Below, one piece after another: positions 23,830 to 34,102 of a stretch of DNA of 34,102 bases. The notes beneath the pieces were generated by a model, which was not told the DNA's origin, did not search any database, and was given only the letters and a program-made list of their open reading frames with translations. Position numbers and translations under genes: made by a program. Position 1 is the stretch's first letter; each line of letters opens with the position of its first letter. This DNA is from Chiloscyllium plagiosum. Its lineage: Eukaryota. Location: NCBI RefSeq assembly GCF_004010195.1, contig NW_025214092.1:1-34102 (forward strand). The letters are read 5' to 3'.

Positions 23830-23955
23830 TCAGGTGCTGGTGTTGGATTAGGATGGACAAAATTAAAATTCACAGAACACCAGGTTATAGTCCAACAGGT
23901 TTATTTGGAAGCACTCGCTTTGCAGCTTCTTCATCAGGTGGTTGTGTGATTTTTA
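23830..23955 (-). mobile_element. Terminal fragment of a second PLE family with decayed hammerhead box
   Basis: The - strand reads CACCTGATGAAG...AAAGC...AATAAACCTGTTGGACTATAACCTGG. Confidence 0.6.
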
Positions 23956-23999
23956 ACGTTGTGTCTCACTCTTGCAACTGATAAACAGCAACAAAACCA

Positions 24000-24480
24000 A
24001 CGAAGCAGTGCGCATGCTCCAGGCAACAATGGGCCCCTGGTGGTTGATGTCAGCGGAAGACCAATGGAAAGGCAGGGGCAGACCTGGAGGACCTGGCGGG
24101 GCATTTGGTCCTCCGACCAATCAGAGTAAATGAGGGCGGGACTAGACTATACCACGTGATCATCCTCGCGGTAGGCGCGGATGTTCGGAGTGTGTGTGCA
24201 GAGGGCTGTTGGTAAGGAAAGAAATAAACAGCAGGAAGTTGGACGAAAATGGTGTTGGTATGGTCTGAGAGGTTTTACAAACATTTGGTGCACATCGGAA
24301 AATACAAATTTGAAACTTACAGTCCCGTTTTTGCAGAAAACTGAAAAATAACCTCATCATGTGATCGCCGCCATCTTTATTCGGGGCAAATATTCACTGG
24401 ACACGTGCGCGGCCGCCAGCTTTGTCGGGGGCAAAGTTCAGAGGTGTGCACGTGCCGCCCTCCCTGATAGAGAGTCATAG
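24000..24480 (+). promoter_or_regulatory. CpG-rich promoter + short first exon, copy A
   Basis: TGCGCATGCT (NRF1-like, 24009), CCAAT (24061 and 24117), GGGCGGG (24134), CACGTG (24153), donor TTG|GTAAGG (24211/24212) and YY1-type GCCGCCATCTT (24367). Confidence 0.7.
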
Positions 24481-25378
24481 GGCAGGATTGACACAGAGCA
24501 CATTCAAACCCAGAGAATTTTTTTTTTCTGGATTTGGGTGTGGACAGAGCCGGTACGGTTTGTAAGTTTGCAGATGACACCAAAATTGGAAGTATTGAGG
24601 ACAGTGATAAAGGTTGTCTCAGAGTACAATGGGATATTGATCAGATGGGCCAATGGGCTGGGGAGTGGCAGATCAGGTTTAATTTCGATAAATGTGAGGT
24701 GCTGCATTTTAGAAAAGCAAATCAGAGCAGGACTCACACTGAACTGGAGAGTCTTGCTGAATAAACAGACCCTGGAGTGCATGTTCATAGTTCCTTGAAA
24801 GTAGAGTCACAGGTAGATAGGAGAATGAAGAAATTGTTTGGGATTCTTCCCTTCGTTGGTCAGACCATTGAGTAAAGGAGCTTTCCAGGACATTGGTTAG
24901 GCCACTTTTGGAATATTGTGTGCAATTCTGGTCTCCCTCTTATCAGAAAGAGGCACTGAAAAATGGAAGGTTTGAGAATTGAATTTTTAAGGATGTTGTC
25001 AGGGTTGGAGGATTTGAGTTGCAGGGAGAGGCATAATAGGCTGGGGCCATTTTCCCTGGAGTGTCATAGGCTGATGTGTGATGTTGAAGAGGTTTATAAA
25101 ATCGTGAGGGCATGGATAGCGTAAATAGACAAGGTGTTTACCCTGGGTGGTGGAGCCCAGAACTAGAGGATATAGGTTTAGGGTGAGAGGGGAAAATTCA
25201 AAAGGAGCCGAAAGGGCAACCAAAATTGTAACATTTAAAAGGCAATTGAATAGGAAAGGTTCAGAGGGATGTCGGTCAAGTACTGGCAAATGGGAATAGT
25301 TTAGGTTAGAATATCTGGTTTGCATAGATGGGTTGGACTGACGGTTGGACTGATTTTGTGATAGACATCTCTGACTGT
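24481..25378 (+). mobile_element. CR1-like LINE 3' part inserted into copy A only
   Basis: VCKFADDTKIG...QWDIDQMGQWAGEWQIRFNFDKCEVLHF. It is absent at the aligned position in copy B (about 33526). Confidence 0.9.
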
Positions 25379-25732
25379 GGGACCATAAAAGTGAACACTG
25401 CTCTGATTCACCTCAGGGCTCCTTGATGTCCACTTGTTCGTTATCTAGCTTCCTCAGTCTCACATGAGTGTATTTTTGCCATGTTTATTATTTTACTACT
25501 ACGTTCACAGACCTTTTTGTAAATGGATTGTCCACTGCTGCCCGACTCCTGACCGTATGCTGCTCCCTTATCAGGTTATTTTTTCCACAATATCTTTGAC
25601 AGACAAGAATTCTTTTTTCCAATAGTGAGTGGATTTTTCTTCCATTTCTGACAGTCAAATTCTGCACCATTTTCATTCCCTATAATTCATATTGCATTCC
25701 CTGAAACATCATGTGTATTTCTCCTCCCACAG

Positions 25733-25839
25733 ATACCAGTGATCATTGCCAATGCCCTGTTGCCTGTGGAGAGGGTGATGTTTGACTTCCTTGTACAGCT
25801 GCAGTTTGAATGGTGAAGGCGCTCCCACAACGTGGTTGG
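25733..25839 (+). other. Candidate 107-nt non-coding exon (copy A), largely derived from an antisense LINE 3' end
   Basis: Acceptor TATTTCTCCTCCCACAG| and donor TGG|GTAAGA. The same sites and length occur in copy B. Confidence 0.5.
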
Positions 25840-25959
25840 GTAAGAGATATTACAGATTATTCACTCAGCGATAGTGAAAAGTAGAAGATATCTGTACAAA
25901 TCAACATGTTTTTCATTTCACAAAAATATTGAGAACTTTTGACATAAGGCCACAGATGG

Positions 25960-27536
25960 AGAATATTATGTCCAGTGACCCAAACCATTGCCAAATAAGC
26001 AATTTTTCAGGAATGCCTTAAAGGAAGAAAGTAGATCTTAGAGGGTGGGAATTCCAGACCATGTTTCCTTGGAAGATATAGAAACAGTCACACAGCTGAA
26101 CTCAAAAATAAACACATCATTGGGAGTCTAAACTAAAATGAGTTATTGAGATATGAAAGGGTGTGCGGTGCAGGAAGATAGGAATGATTACAGCCAGGAA
26201 TTAAGTCAAGAGTGTGAAAGTAAATTATTGTGGCTTATAAATGGGAGCCTTTTGATGGATCAGCAAGTTCTGGCACACGTGAGCACTTGGGCGGTAGAGT
26301 TTTCAATATTCTGGAGATTATAGGGAGGGTGATTGTGGGATGCTGGCCAGGAGTGGGTTTAGATAATGAATTCTACAGTTAACAAAATGAATGAGAGTTC
26401 CAGTAAATGAGCTGAGACTGTGGTGAGTTCAGATGATATCACTGAAGTCGAAACAGTGGTCTTGGAGTGGGACTGGGCTATCACCCTCACCTCACCTCTG
26501 GAATTCATCTATTTGTCAGTTTGTGAATCAAGTCTGTAACAAGATCAGGAACTGAGTGTCCCTGGCAGAACCCCAACTGGGTCTCACAGAAGGTTATTGC
26601 TGAGCGGCTGCGTGACAGAACTGTTGATGACACCTTCCATCACTTCACTGCTGAGCGAGTGTCGACTGATGGAGGGAAATTGGCTGGGTTGGCTCTGTCC
26701 TGCGTTTTTGTGTTGAACATCCCTGGGAAATGTTCCACAATGTCAGTGCTGGACTTGTCTTGGTGGGCAGCAAGTTCTGGAGCACAGCCATCAGTATTAT
26801 TGCCACAATGTTGGCAGGGCCGACAGCCTTTACACTACTTCTCCCTTTCTTGATCTGATTTGAAATAAGTTTTCAACCAATTCGATTCACATCTGTGATG
26901 TCAAGGACCAATGTAGAAGGCTCATCCACTTGGCACTGCTGGCTGAAGATTGCTGCAAATGCTGTTTTCTTGTCTGTTGCATGGATGTGTGAGACCCCTC
27001 CATCAGTAAGGTTGGGGATATCTGTGATGCTTCCTGCAGTGAGTTGTTGAATTGCCCATCACCATTCCTGACGAGGTGTGGCAGAACTGCAGAGCTCAGA
27101 TCTGATCCATTGGTTGTTGGATCACATAGTTCTATTTGGTGTTGCTTGCACTGTTAGGCATGCAGGTTGGGTAGCTTCACCAGGTTGGGACCACATCTTT
27201 CGGTATGCCTGGTATTGCTCCTGGCATGCCCTGCGGAACTCTCCATTGAACTAGGGTTGATTCCCCTGGATTGATGTTAATGGTTGAGTGGGGAATATAC
27301 CAGACCATGAGATTTCAGATTGGGCTGGAGCACAGTTCTGCTGCTGTTTTAACCCACAGTGAGACAGAAGTTGCAGGGTCAAGAGGGCTGATTGAGTTGT
27401 TGTATTTTTCAGTGCATTGGTAGATGTAATGTGGTCCATCCAGTTTCATTCCTTTGTTGAGACTGTGCAGTGATTAATACAATGAGTGATTTGATGGGCC
27501 ACTGTCAGGAATGCAACTTTTAAAAAAAGGTTTTGT
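25960..27536 (-). mobile_element. Decayed L2-like (about 25960-26465) and CR1/L2-group (about 26465-27536) LINE fragments
   Basis: Recognisable antisense LINE text (CTTAAAGGAAGAAAG...GGAATTCCAG; GACTGATGG...TTGGCTGGGTTGG; CACCATTC...GGCAG...CTGCAGAGCT). No intact ORF. Confidence 0.65.
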
Positions 27537-27731
27537 NNNNNNNNNNNNNNNNNNNNNNNNNNNNNNNNNNNNNNNNNNNNNNNNNNNNNNNNNNNNNNNN
27601 NNNNNNNNNNNNNNNNNNNNNNNNNNNNNNNNNNNNNNNNNNNNNNNNNNNNNNNNNNNNNNNNNNNNNNNNNNNNNNNNNNNNNNNNNNNNNNNNNNNN
27701 NNNNNNNNNNNNNNNNNNNNNNNNNNNNNNN
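27537..27731. other. Assembly gap (195 N)
   Basis: Run of N. Confidence 1.
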
Positions 27732-27884
27732 NCTTGCACTTAGCTTAATTGCATTTCTTATTTACAGTAGTGTTTTGCAAAGTATAAAGAACCGGTTTGT
27801 TTTCCGTGGTTGGGGAGTTTTATCCTCGTTGATCACAGTTGCTGCCTCTCGCTCCCCAAGTCAAATCATAGGATCTATAACAAA

Positions 27885-28100
27885 ACAATAAACTGCAGGT
27901 GCTGGAGATCTGAACCCCAGAAACAAAGTGCTGGAGAAACTCAGCAGTTCTGAGGGCATCGGTGAAGAGAAAAAAATGTTACATTTCAAGTTCACTGACT
28001 CTTCATCTGAACGGACAAAGGTCACTGGACTTGGAACTTACAATGTTTAATCCCCCTCAGAGATGCTGCTGGATCTGCGGTTCTCCAACACTGTGCATTC
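27885..28100. mobile_element. Old palindromic PLE-derived (MER6-like) element
   Basis: Imperfect inverted arms GTGCTGGAGAAACTCAGCAG...GCATC / GATGCTGC...TTCTCCAACAC around a decayed CTTCATCTGAA centre. Confidence 0.65.
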
Positions 28101-29656
28101 TATATTGAACTTTCGTATTTTTCCGATCTGTTTGTAAATAATCTCCAAAAGTGAAAGGTTCATTGCAAACATGAGCATAGTTTCCACACTTGAGTTACAC
28201 AAGCACGTCTCAGTTTAAAAACAAGATTTAACTCAGTGACATTCCATCTCAAATTAGCCAAGTTACACCAGTAATAAAGCTCATCCACCCAATGAGGCAC
28301 TTCAGCACAACATCCTGCAGTGTTGCACACAGCCACCTTTACCAAAGAATGATCACATGTCACAAAATTGAAGGCCAAGAGCATGTCTCTTTGAAGGAGA
28401 TGAAGTCAAACTCAATTTTTGGAAGGATTTTTATTAAACCTGATTGAACATTTAAATTTCAGAGCATAATCTTTGCTTTTTTAAACAAAGTGTGTGGGAA
28501 ACATCCTACATCTTGCTCAAGGTTCAGTTCAGTCTGATACATAGAGCCAAAGGTCAAGCAAACATCACACTTTCCATTCACTTCTACAAAGGGCTAACAT
28601 CACATTTCTTCAGGATTTAAAGTATTTTATAAATTGTTTGTAAAATCATTTGTCACATTAAAGAACTGGGCAATAAATGTCATTGTATGCAATAAGAGTG
28701 AAGCCTGTGACAACAGATTTAGCTTTGTAGGGCAGTGTATGCGCTTTCTAAATTCTGGGAGCACTTTGGGAGACTGCTCCCAGATGGTGATAATGAGCAT
28801 ATCTGGAATGCACGTTTTAGATTTGGGAATCATTGGGAGACAATCTGTGGTTTAAATAGTACTTGGCTTATGTTGTTGGTGTACAGTAAGTAATTCATAA
28901 AGTTACTTATGTATTGTTGTTGACTACCTGAATGGTATTCAAATCTGCCAGTTCGCCTTCAATAGTGTAAATGCATCTATTGTAAATATTTGGAATATTC
29001 CAGAACTGCCCAGTGCTTGGCAAATTCAGGAGGGACAAAAAATCACATTGAGTAATTTGAAATTAAGAATCCAAGAGGACTTAGCCACTGAAGTATTCAA
29101 TTCAAATAATTAAATGGAGTGCTCACATTTAAAATACCTCTTATCCATAGGAATTGGGACCAAATTCCTGGCTGGGGTATCTGAAATGTGCTTTGATAAA
29201 GCATTTACCCACAATAATTTGGCAAGCTCGGAAATTAGAAACAATACAAGCTTCATTGCTGCTCCAGTCGGTTCCCAAGCTCTGTGAAAAAATAACAATG
29301 TTCAGGTTTATTGCATACACTCTGAAACAAGTGTTCTTTCTACAGATCCTGCAAGTTTCCCCAATAAGCATAGTCCATCCAAGTGATGTTGCTAACTTTG
29401 GCCAACTCGTTTCTTTCCGAGCCTCTATAGCCTGAAGAGTGACCAGAAGCAATTACTCCATTACCGATGAGGATTTTTTCCTTCAGAATTGACTTCCATA
29501 TATTCAGTGCCCAGAAAAGCTTGTTACCTTTTATAGAGCAATTATTCAGTAGGAGTAAAATGCTGACCTTTTCTTGCTTAATAATCAAGCTGCCTAAATT
29601 TTAAAAATGAACACTTCTTAATAGTTCACTAGATCCGAACGAAATATTTTGTGTGA

Positions 29657-31067
29657 AACAAATCACATGATACATAGTTATTCCGATAATAATACAAGTT
29701 TGTTCATTGAAGACCCCAAAGGAAAAGGTCATGAAACAATGTGAGTTTGATAAACCTCAATCATCATTTCAAGTGCATTCTCTGCATCAATTCACCTTTT
29801 CCTCCTCGAAGGATTAAATTTCTTGAATAATTGAGAGAATGAAATCACAGTTGTACAACACAAAATCAGACCCTTCAGTCCAACTTGCCCAAGCTGACCA
29901 GATATCCAAAATTAATCGAATCCATTTTGCCAGCATTTGTTCCATATCCATCTTAAACCCTTTCTACTGATTATCAGTTTATTTTACTTTATCAGCACTT
30001 GAAATACTGACATTTTTTTTCTCCCAACATTGGTTAAAGAAATCATAAGTTCAGTCAACTAAGTTAATTCTGTAATCTTTCACAAAGACACAAGTGATAA
30101 CAACATATAGCTGAGTGCAAAACAAAATACTGAGCTGCGCAATATCTGCGAACACTTTAAAGATGAGGCACTGATACTGCACAAGTTTGCCAGCACGGTC
30201 TCAATTACTGATAATAATTTAGTAATGTCTTAGCCTTCACATTGTTAAGGTAAATGTGAGATATCTGAATTTCATGAATTGGTTCCTATTGCACTTTGAT
30301 CAACAAAAAATATTCTTGGTTTAATCTCCTCAAAGGAGAAAGTGACGACCAAAGAAGCTGAACAAATCACATGATACATAGTTATTCCGATAATAATACA
30401 AGTTTGTTCATTGAAGACCCCAGAGAAAAAGGTCATGAAACAATGTGAGTTTGATAAACCTCAATCATCATTTCAAGTGCATTCTCTGCATCAATTCACC
30501 TTTTCCTCCTCGAAGGATTAAATTTCTTGATTAATTGAGAGAATGAAATTAATTGAGTTGTACAACACAAAATCAGACCCTTCAGTCCAACTTGCCCAAG
30601 CTGACCAGATATCCAAAATTAATCGAATCCATTTTGCCAGCATTTGTTCCATATCCATCTTAAACCCTTTCTACTGATTATCAGTTTATTTTACTTTATC
30701 AGCACTTGAAATACTGACATTTTTTTTCTCCCAACATTGGTTAAAGAAATCATAAGTTCAGTCAACTAAGTTAATTCTGTAATCTTTCACAAAGACACAA
30801 GTGAGCACAACATATAGCTGAGTGCAAAACAAAATACTGAGCTGCGCAATATCTGGGAACACTTTAAAGGTGAGGCACTGATACTGCACAAGTTTGCCAG
30901 CACGGTCTCAATTACTGATAATAATTTAGTAATGTCTTAGCCTTCACATTGTTAAGGTAAATGTGAGATATCTGAATTTCATGAATTGGTTCCTATTGCA
31001 CTTTGATCAACAAAAAATATTCTTGGTTTAATCTCCTCAAAGGAGAAAGTGACGACCAAAGAAGCTG
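29657..31067 (+). repeat. Tandem duplication, 704 bp (29657-30360) + 707 bp (30361-31067), near-identical
   Basis: Both copies start AACAAATCACATGATAC and end CAAAGAAGCTG. There are only about six differing sites. Confidence 0.97.
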
Positions 31068-31170
31068 GACATTGGAGTCGAAAAGTGTCATGCTGGAAAA
31101 GCACAGCAAGTCAGGCAGCATCCGAGAAGCAGGAGAGTTGATAGTTCGGGCATAAGTCCTTCATCGGAAA
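31040..31170 (-). mobile_element. PLE terminal fragment with decayed hammerhead-like core
   Basis: AAGGAGAAAGTGA...TGCTGGAAAAGCACAGCAAGTCAGGCAGCATCC...TTCGGGCATAAGTCCTTCATC; same family as 12234-12403 and 15530-15630. Confidence 0.8.
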
Positions 31171-31789
31171 TCACAGGCTTCAGAAAAATAACTGGCATAA
31201 ACTTATGCCAATACATACGTAGAAGGGTCAAAGCACGTTACTATCAGATTAGAGACTAATTTCAGATTTGGTACTATTCAGTGCAACATTTCAGTATGAT
31301 ATTTACATATGTACCTAAAAGAGAAGTTGTCTAAAATTACAAGCTCTAGAATGATTATATGATTAAACCTGAAAATAAAGCTGGTGAACAAGAATGGCAA
31401 AGTGAAGTCCCATCAGTATCGCCTTGGGCAGTGTCAAGTAAGAATTTGAGAGCAGAGTTGCCACTTTGGTGTAACCTGCAGTCTGGCCAAATTGCAGCAA
31501 AAAGCTGTTCAATTTTATGTGCAAACTATTGAATGCAAAATCCGCCTTGCACAATAATGAGGCAGCATTTTGGGATGTCATTTTTAAAATATATTATTTT
31601 CAAAGTTACTCACAATTAAGAGTGATCACTTGGTGCTGTTTGCATAACACAGTACGAAAAGGAATTAACAGAAAAAACATTATAACCCAAATTCAGAGTC
31701 ACTAATTTATTGATATTGCATGGGTCCAGCATTTATAACTAATCGATTTTAAAAAATAAATACAGATACATTTACTAACTACATTGGAG

Positions 31790-32770
31790 TACAGCCAAGT
31801 TTCTTCCTGAACAGTGACAGGATTGGACAGAGTCCGCATGGATTTAAGAGAGGGGAATCATACTTAGCAAATCTACAGAATCGAATATTAAAGTAAGAAA
31901 TTGCAGGACATTTAGAAAAGCTTATCATTAAACATGGTAGACTGGGTTTTGTGAAAGAGAAACTATATTTGACAAATTTGGGACAGTTCACTGAGGAGAT
32001 AACAAGCAGGGCTGATAAAGGGCAATCCAATGATGTTCTGTATTTGAATTTCAAAAATGTAAATGATAAGGTGCTACATAAAAGTTAATTGCACAATTTA
32101 GGAACTCATGGTATCAGCGTAATGTATTAGCTTGGATTGGGGATTGGTTAACCACACTAGCTGTTGCTGAGTCCTCACTTGGAGTACTGTATACAATGTT
32201 AGCTCCCAAATTTAATAAAGGATAAACCACCATCGGAGACCATTCAAAAAAGATTCACTTAGGTGCTTCGAGGGCGAAAGGGTTGACCTATCAAGAATAG
32301 ATAAGCAGGGGTGATCTTATGGAAACAAGCTTCTGAGGAGCTTGACAGAGGAGATGTTGACTAGATCTTCTAGCACCAGTGAAGTCTCAAACCTGGGGAC
32401 ATTACATAAGGGAACATTAATTTGAGAAAAAGTAAAGATTTTTTTCTCTCAGTGAATGGCTAGAATTTTCTCACCCAAACAATTGTGAAAGTTAAATGTG
32501 GGAGAGGAATGGTTGGGTTACTCTTCGGAGGGTTAATCTGGCTTGTTGGGCTGAAAGGCCTGTTTCTACACAGTAGGGAATCTATGATTCTATCTCAAAT
32601 TATTTTCAAAGAGGGCAGATAGATTTTTGAAATATTGAGCAGTTGAGGGCTATGCGGATCAAGCATAAAAGAGGTGTTGAGGTCTGGGTTGGCCCAGCCA
32701 TGATGTGATAGAATGGGGGAACAAGCTGAAAGGAATGAATGCCCTACTCCTGCTCCGATTCCTTGAGGCT
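31790..32770 (+). mobile_element. CR1-like LINE fragments with 3' tails
   Basis: GFVKEKLYLTN...EEITSRADKG remnants; tails CTATGATTCTAT (32582) and CCTACTCCTGCTCC (32743). Confidence 0.8.
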
Positions 32771-33019
32771 CCGTTTAATGTTTTTTTTGTCTCCAAAGAA
32801 AAGCGTGATCCAATGTGCTAAAGATCTCAGATGTGAAAATGGGGTGTTTATGTATTGATTCAGATGGCATTGATTCATCAATCACAGCTATACAGTCATG
32901 AGTAGGAAGGCAATTCCCTCCATGAATAAAGGAAATCTACTGCAGAGCTCACACAAAGGGAATTCTTACACTCAGTAAACTCTCCCATTACCTTACCCAC
33001 ATTATATCATCTAAAGCAG

Positions 33020-33525
33020 GACACACTGCGCATGCTGTCGTCAACAAGGAAACACCGGGTGATTGATGTCAGCAACGGACCTATGAAAGGACGGTGGGCG
33101 GAGCGGGATGACCGAGCGGATAGTTGGTCCTCCAACCAATCAAAGTGAATGAAGGGCGGAGCTAAACTAAACCATGTGATCACCCTCGCGTGTGGTGCAG
33201 TGTTGTTGTAATGGATGCTCGGGACGTTATGGAGAGAAAAGCTACGGTAAGGAAAGAAATAAAAAGGGAAACGGGAGAAAAATTGTGTTGCTATGAGCGG
33301 AGAAGTTTTACAAACAAATTGTGCACGTCGGAAAATACAAATTTGAACGTCCCAGTGCCGTGTTTGCAGTAAATGAGGAATGGCCTCGGTGCGGCTGCAG
33401 GCCTGAGTGAGCGCCCCCATCTTTATTCGGGACATCGATTCACTGGACACGTGCACCGCCGCCCTGTTTGTAGGGGGCAAGGTGCTGCCAGGCGCATGTG
33501 CAGCCTTTCTCTAGTATAGAGTCAT
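33020..33525 (+). promoter_or_regulatory. CpG-rich promoter + short first exon, copy B
   Basis: TGCGCATGCT (33027), GGGCGG (33086 and 33154), CCAAT (33136), CATGTG and donor ACG|GTAAGG (33246/33247). Colinear with copy A. Confidence 0.7.
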
Positions 33526-33887
33526 TGGGATCATAGCAGCCAATACTGCTCTGATTCACCTCTGGGCTCCCTCATGACCGCTTTGTCAATGTCTAGCTTC
33601 CTCAGTCTCGAACCATGGGTATATTTTTGGTCTGTTTATTACTGTATTCTTATTACTTTTATTGACCCTTTGTAAATGAGTTTTTCAATGCGGCCCAGCC
33701 CCTGACCACGTACTGCTCTATTATCAGATTACTTTTTTCTTGAATATTTTTGATAGTCAAGAATTCTTTTTTCCAACAAGCAAGTGTATTTTCCTTCCAT
33801 TTCTAACTATCAAATTCTACACCATTTTCATTCCCTGTAATCCATTTTGCACTCCCTGAAACATCAACTGTGTTTGTCCTTCCACAG

Positions 33888-33994
33888 ATACCAGTGATTA
33901 ATGCCAAAGCCCTGTTGCTTGTGGAGAGGGTGATGTTTGAATTTCTTGTACAACTGCAGTTTGTGTGGTGAAGGTGCTCCCACAATGTGGTTGG
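33888..33994 (+). other. Candidate 107-nt non-coding exon (copy B)
   Basis: Acceptor TGTTTGTCCTTCCACAG| and donor TGG|GTAAGA. Confidence 0.5.
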
Positions 33995-34102
33995 GTAAGA
34001 GACGTTACAGATTATTCATTACAGCAACAGTGATGATTTGAAAATAATGTCAAATCAACAACAGTTTGTATTTTTATTATCATGCTTATAATTTCACAAA
34101 AA

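Larger units (their letters stand above)
27732..31760 (-). pseudogene. Decayed sacsin-like (SACS-family) reading frame, multiple stops, frameshifts and insertions
   Basis: Manual - strand translation gives peptides in the same order as recalled motifs from the third repeat region of human sacsin: LIIVQGGF (WLICNRSGF), YLTLPKAILMGLHFAI (FCFLPLSLETGLPFHV), VL*PFYV (LIAPAYV), LGTEY...WSNCFW (LPREY...WLKNAW), SLGWTMLIG (TLKDWALLPG), IFVPPEF (LFIPNDF), LADLNTIQVV (LKELSLIPFL), IWEQSPKVLPE (LWTSCPILPE), ILQTIYKIL (VLRSIYEFL) and LNLEQDVGCFPHTLFK (INLEYESDFKPYLYK). Each match is weak; the colinearity is the evidence. Confidence 0.65.

Noticed and set aside
24000..24480. snRNA, tRNA or histone gene in the duplicated module
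   Set aside because: No recognisable RNA gene body, Pol III boxes or histone ORF. The CCAAT-to-CCACG spacing (about 30 nt) also does not fit an ERSE.
27446..27891. ORFs spanning the N run
   Set aside because: Artefacts of the assembly gap.
29340..29588. Endogenous negative-strand RNA virus polymerase (EYMEVNS resembling motif E)
   Set aside because: No SDD/GDN or other polymerase motifs at the expected spacing. The flanking peptides fit the sacsin order better.
33007..33480. 157-aa - strand ORF as the first exon of the sacsin-like gene
   Set aside because: No recognisable similarity, and the frame is not conserved in copy A. It is probably a chance ORF in GC-rich promoter DNA, although bidirectional activity cannot be excluded.

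Overview
Repeat-dense vertebrate genomic DNA, most likely from a cartilaginous fish (shark), judged from the repeat families. There is no intact host protein-coding gene. Most of the window is retroelement debris: a young, 5'-truncated L1 whose ORF2 is nearly intact (192-4100, -), many decayed CR1/L2-group LINE pieces, a tRNA-derived SINE, and Penelope-like elements (PLEs) with hammerhead-like cores. One PLE is interrupted by an LTR-like fragment carrying a nested enhancer-repeat array. Three non-repeat signals were found by manual reading. (1) A heavily decayed, intronless sacsin-like reading frame on the - strand (about 27732-31760), missed by the ORF track and containing a recent ~705-bp tandem duplication. 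(2) Two diverged copies of a CpG-rich promoter + exon 1 + LINE-derived 107-nt exon 2 module (24000-25925 and 33020-34102) flanking that remnant. (3) A third, oppositely oriented promoter/first-exon candidate at 14350-14680. There is a 195-nt assembly gap. Family assignments and protein similarities come from manual translation and recalled motifs, not from database searches. Most repeat boundaries are approximate.
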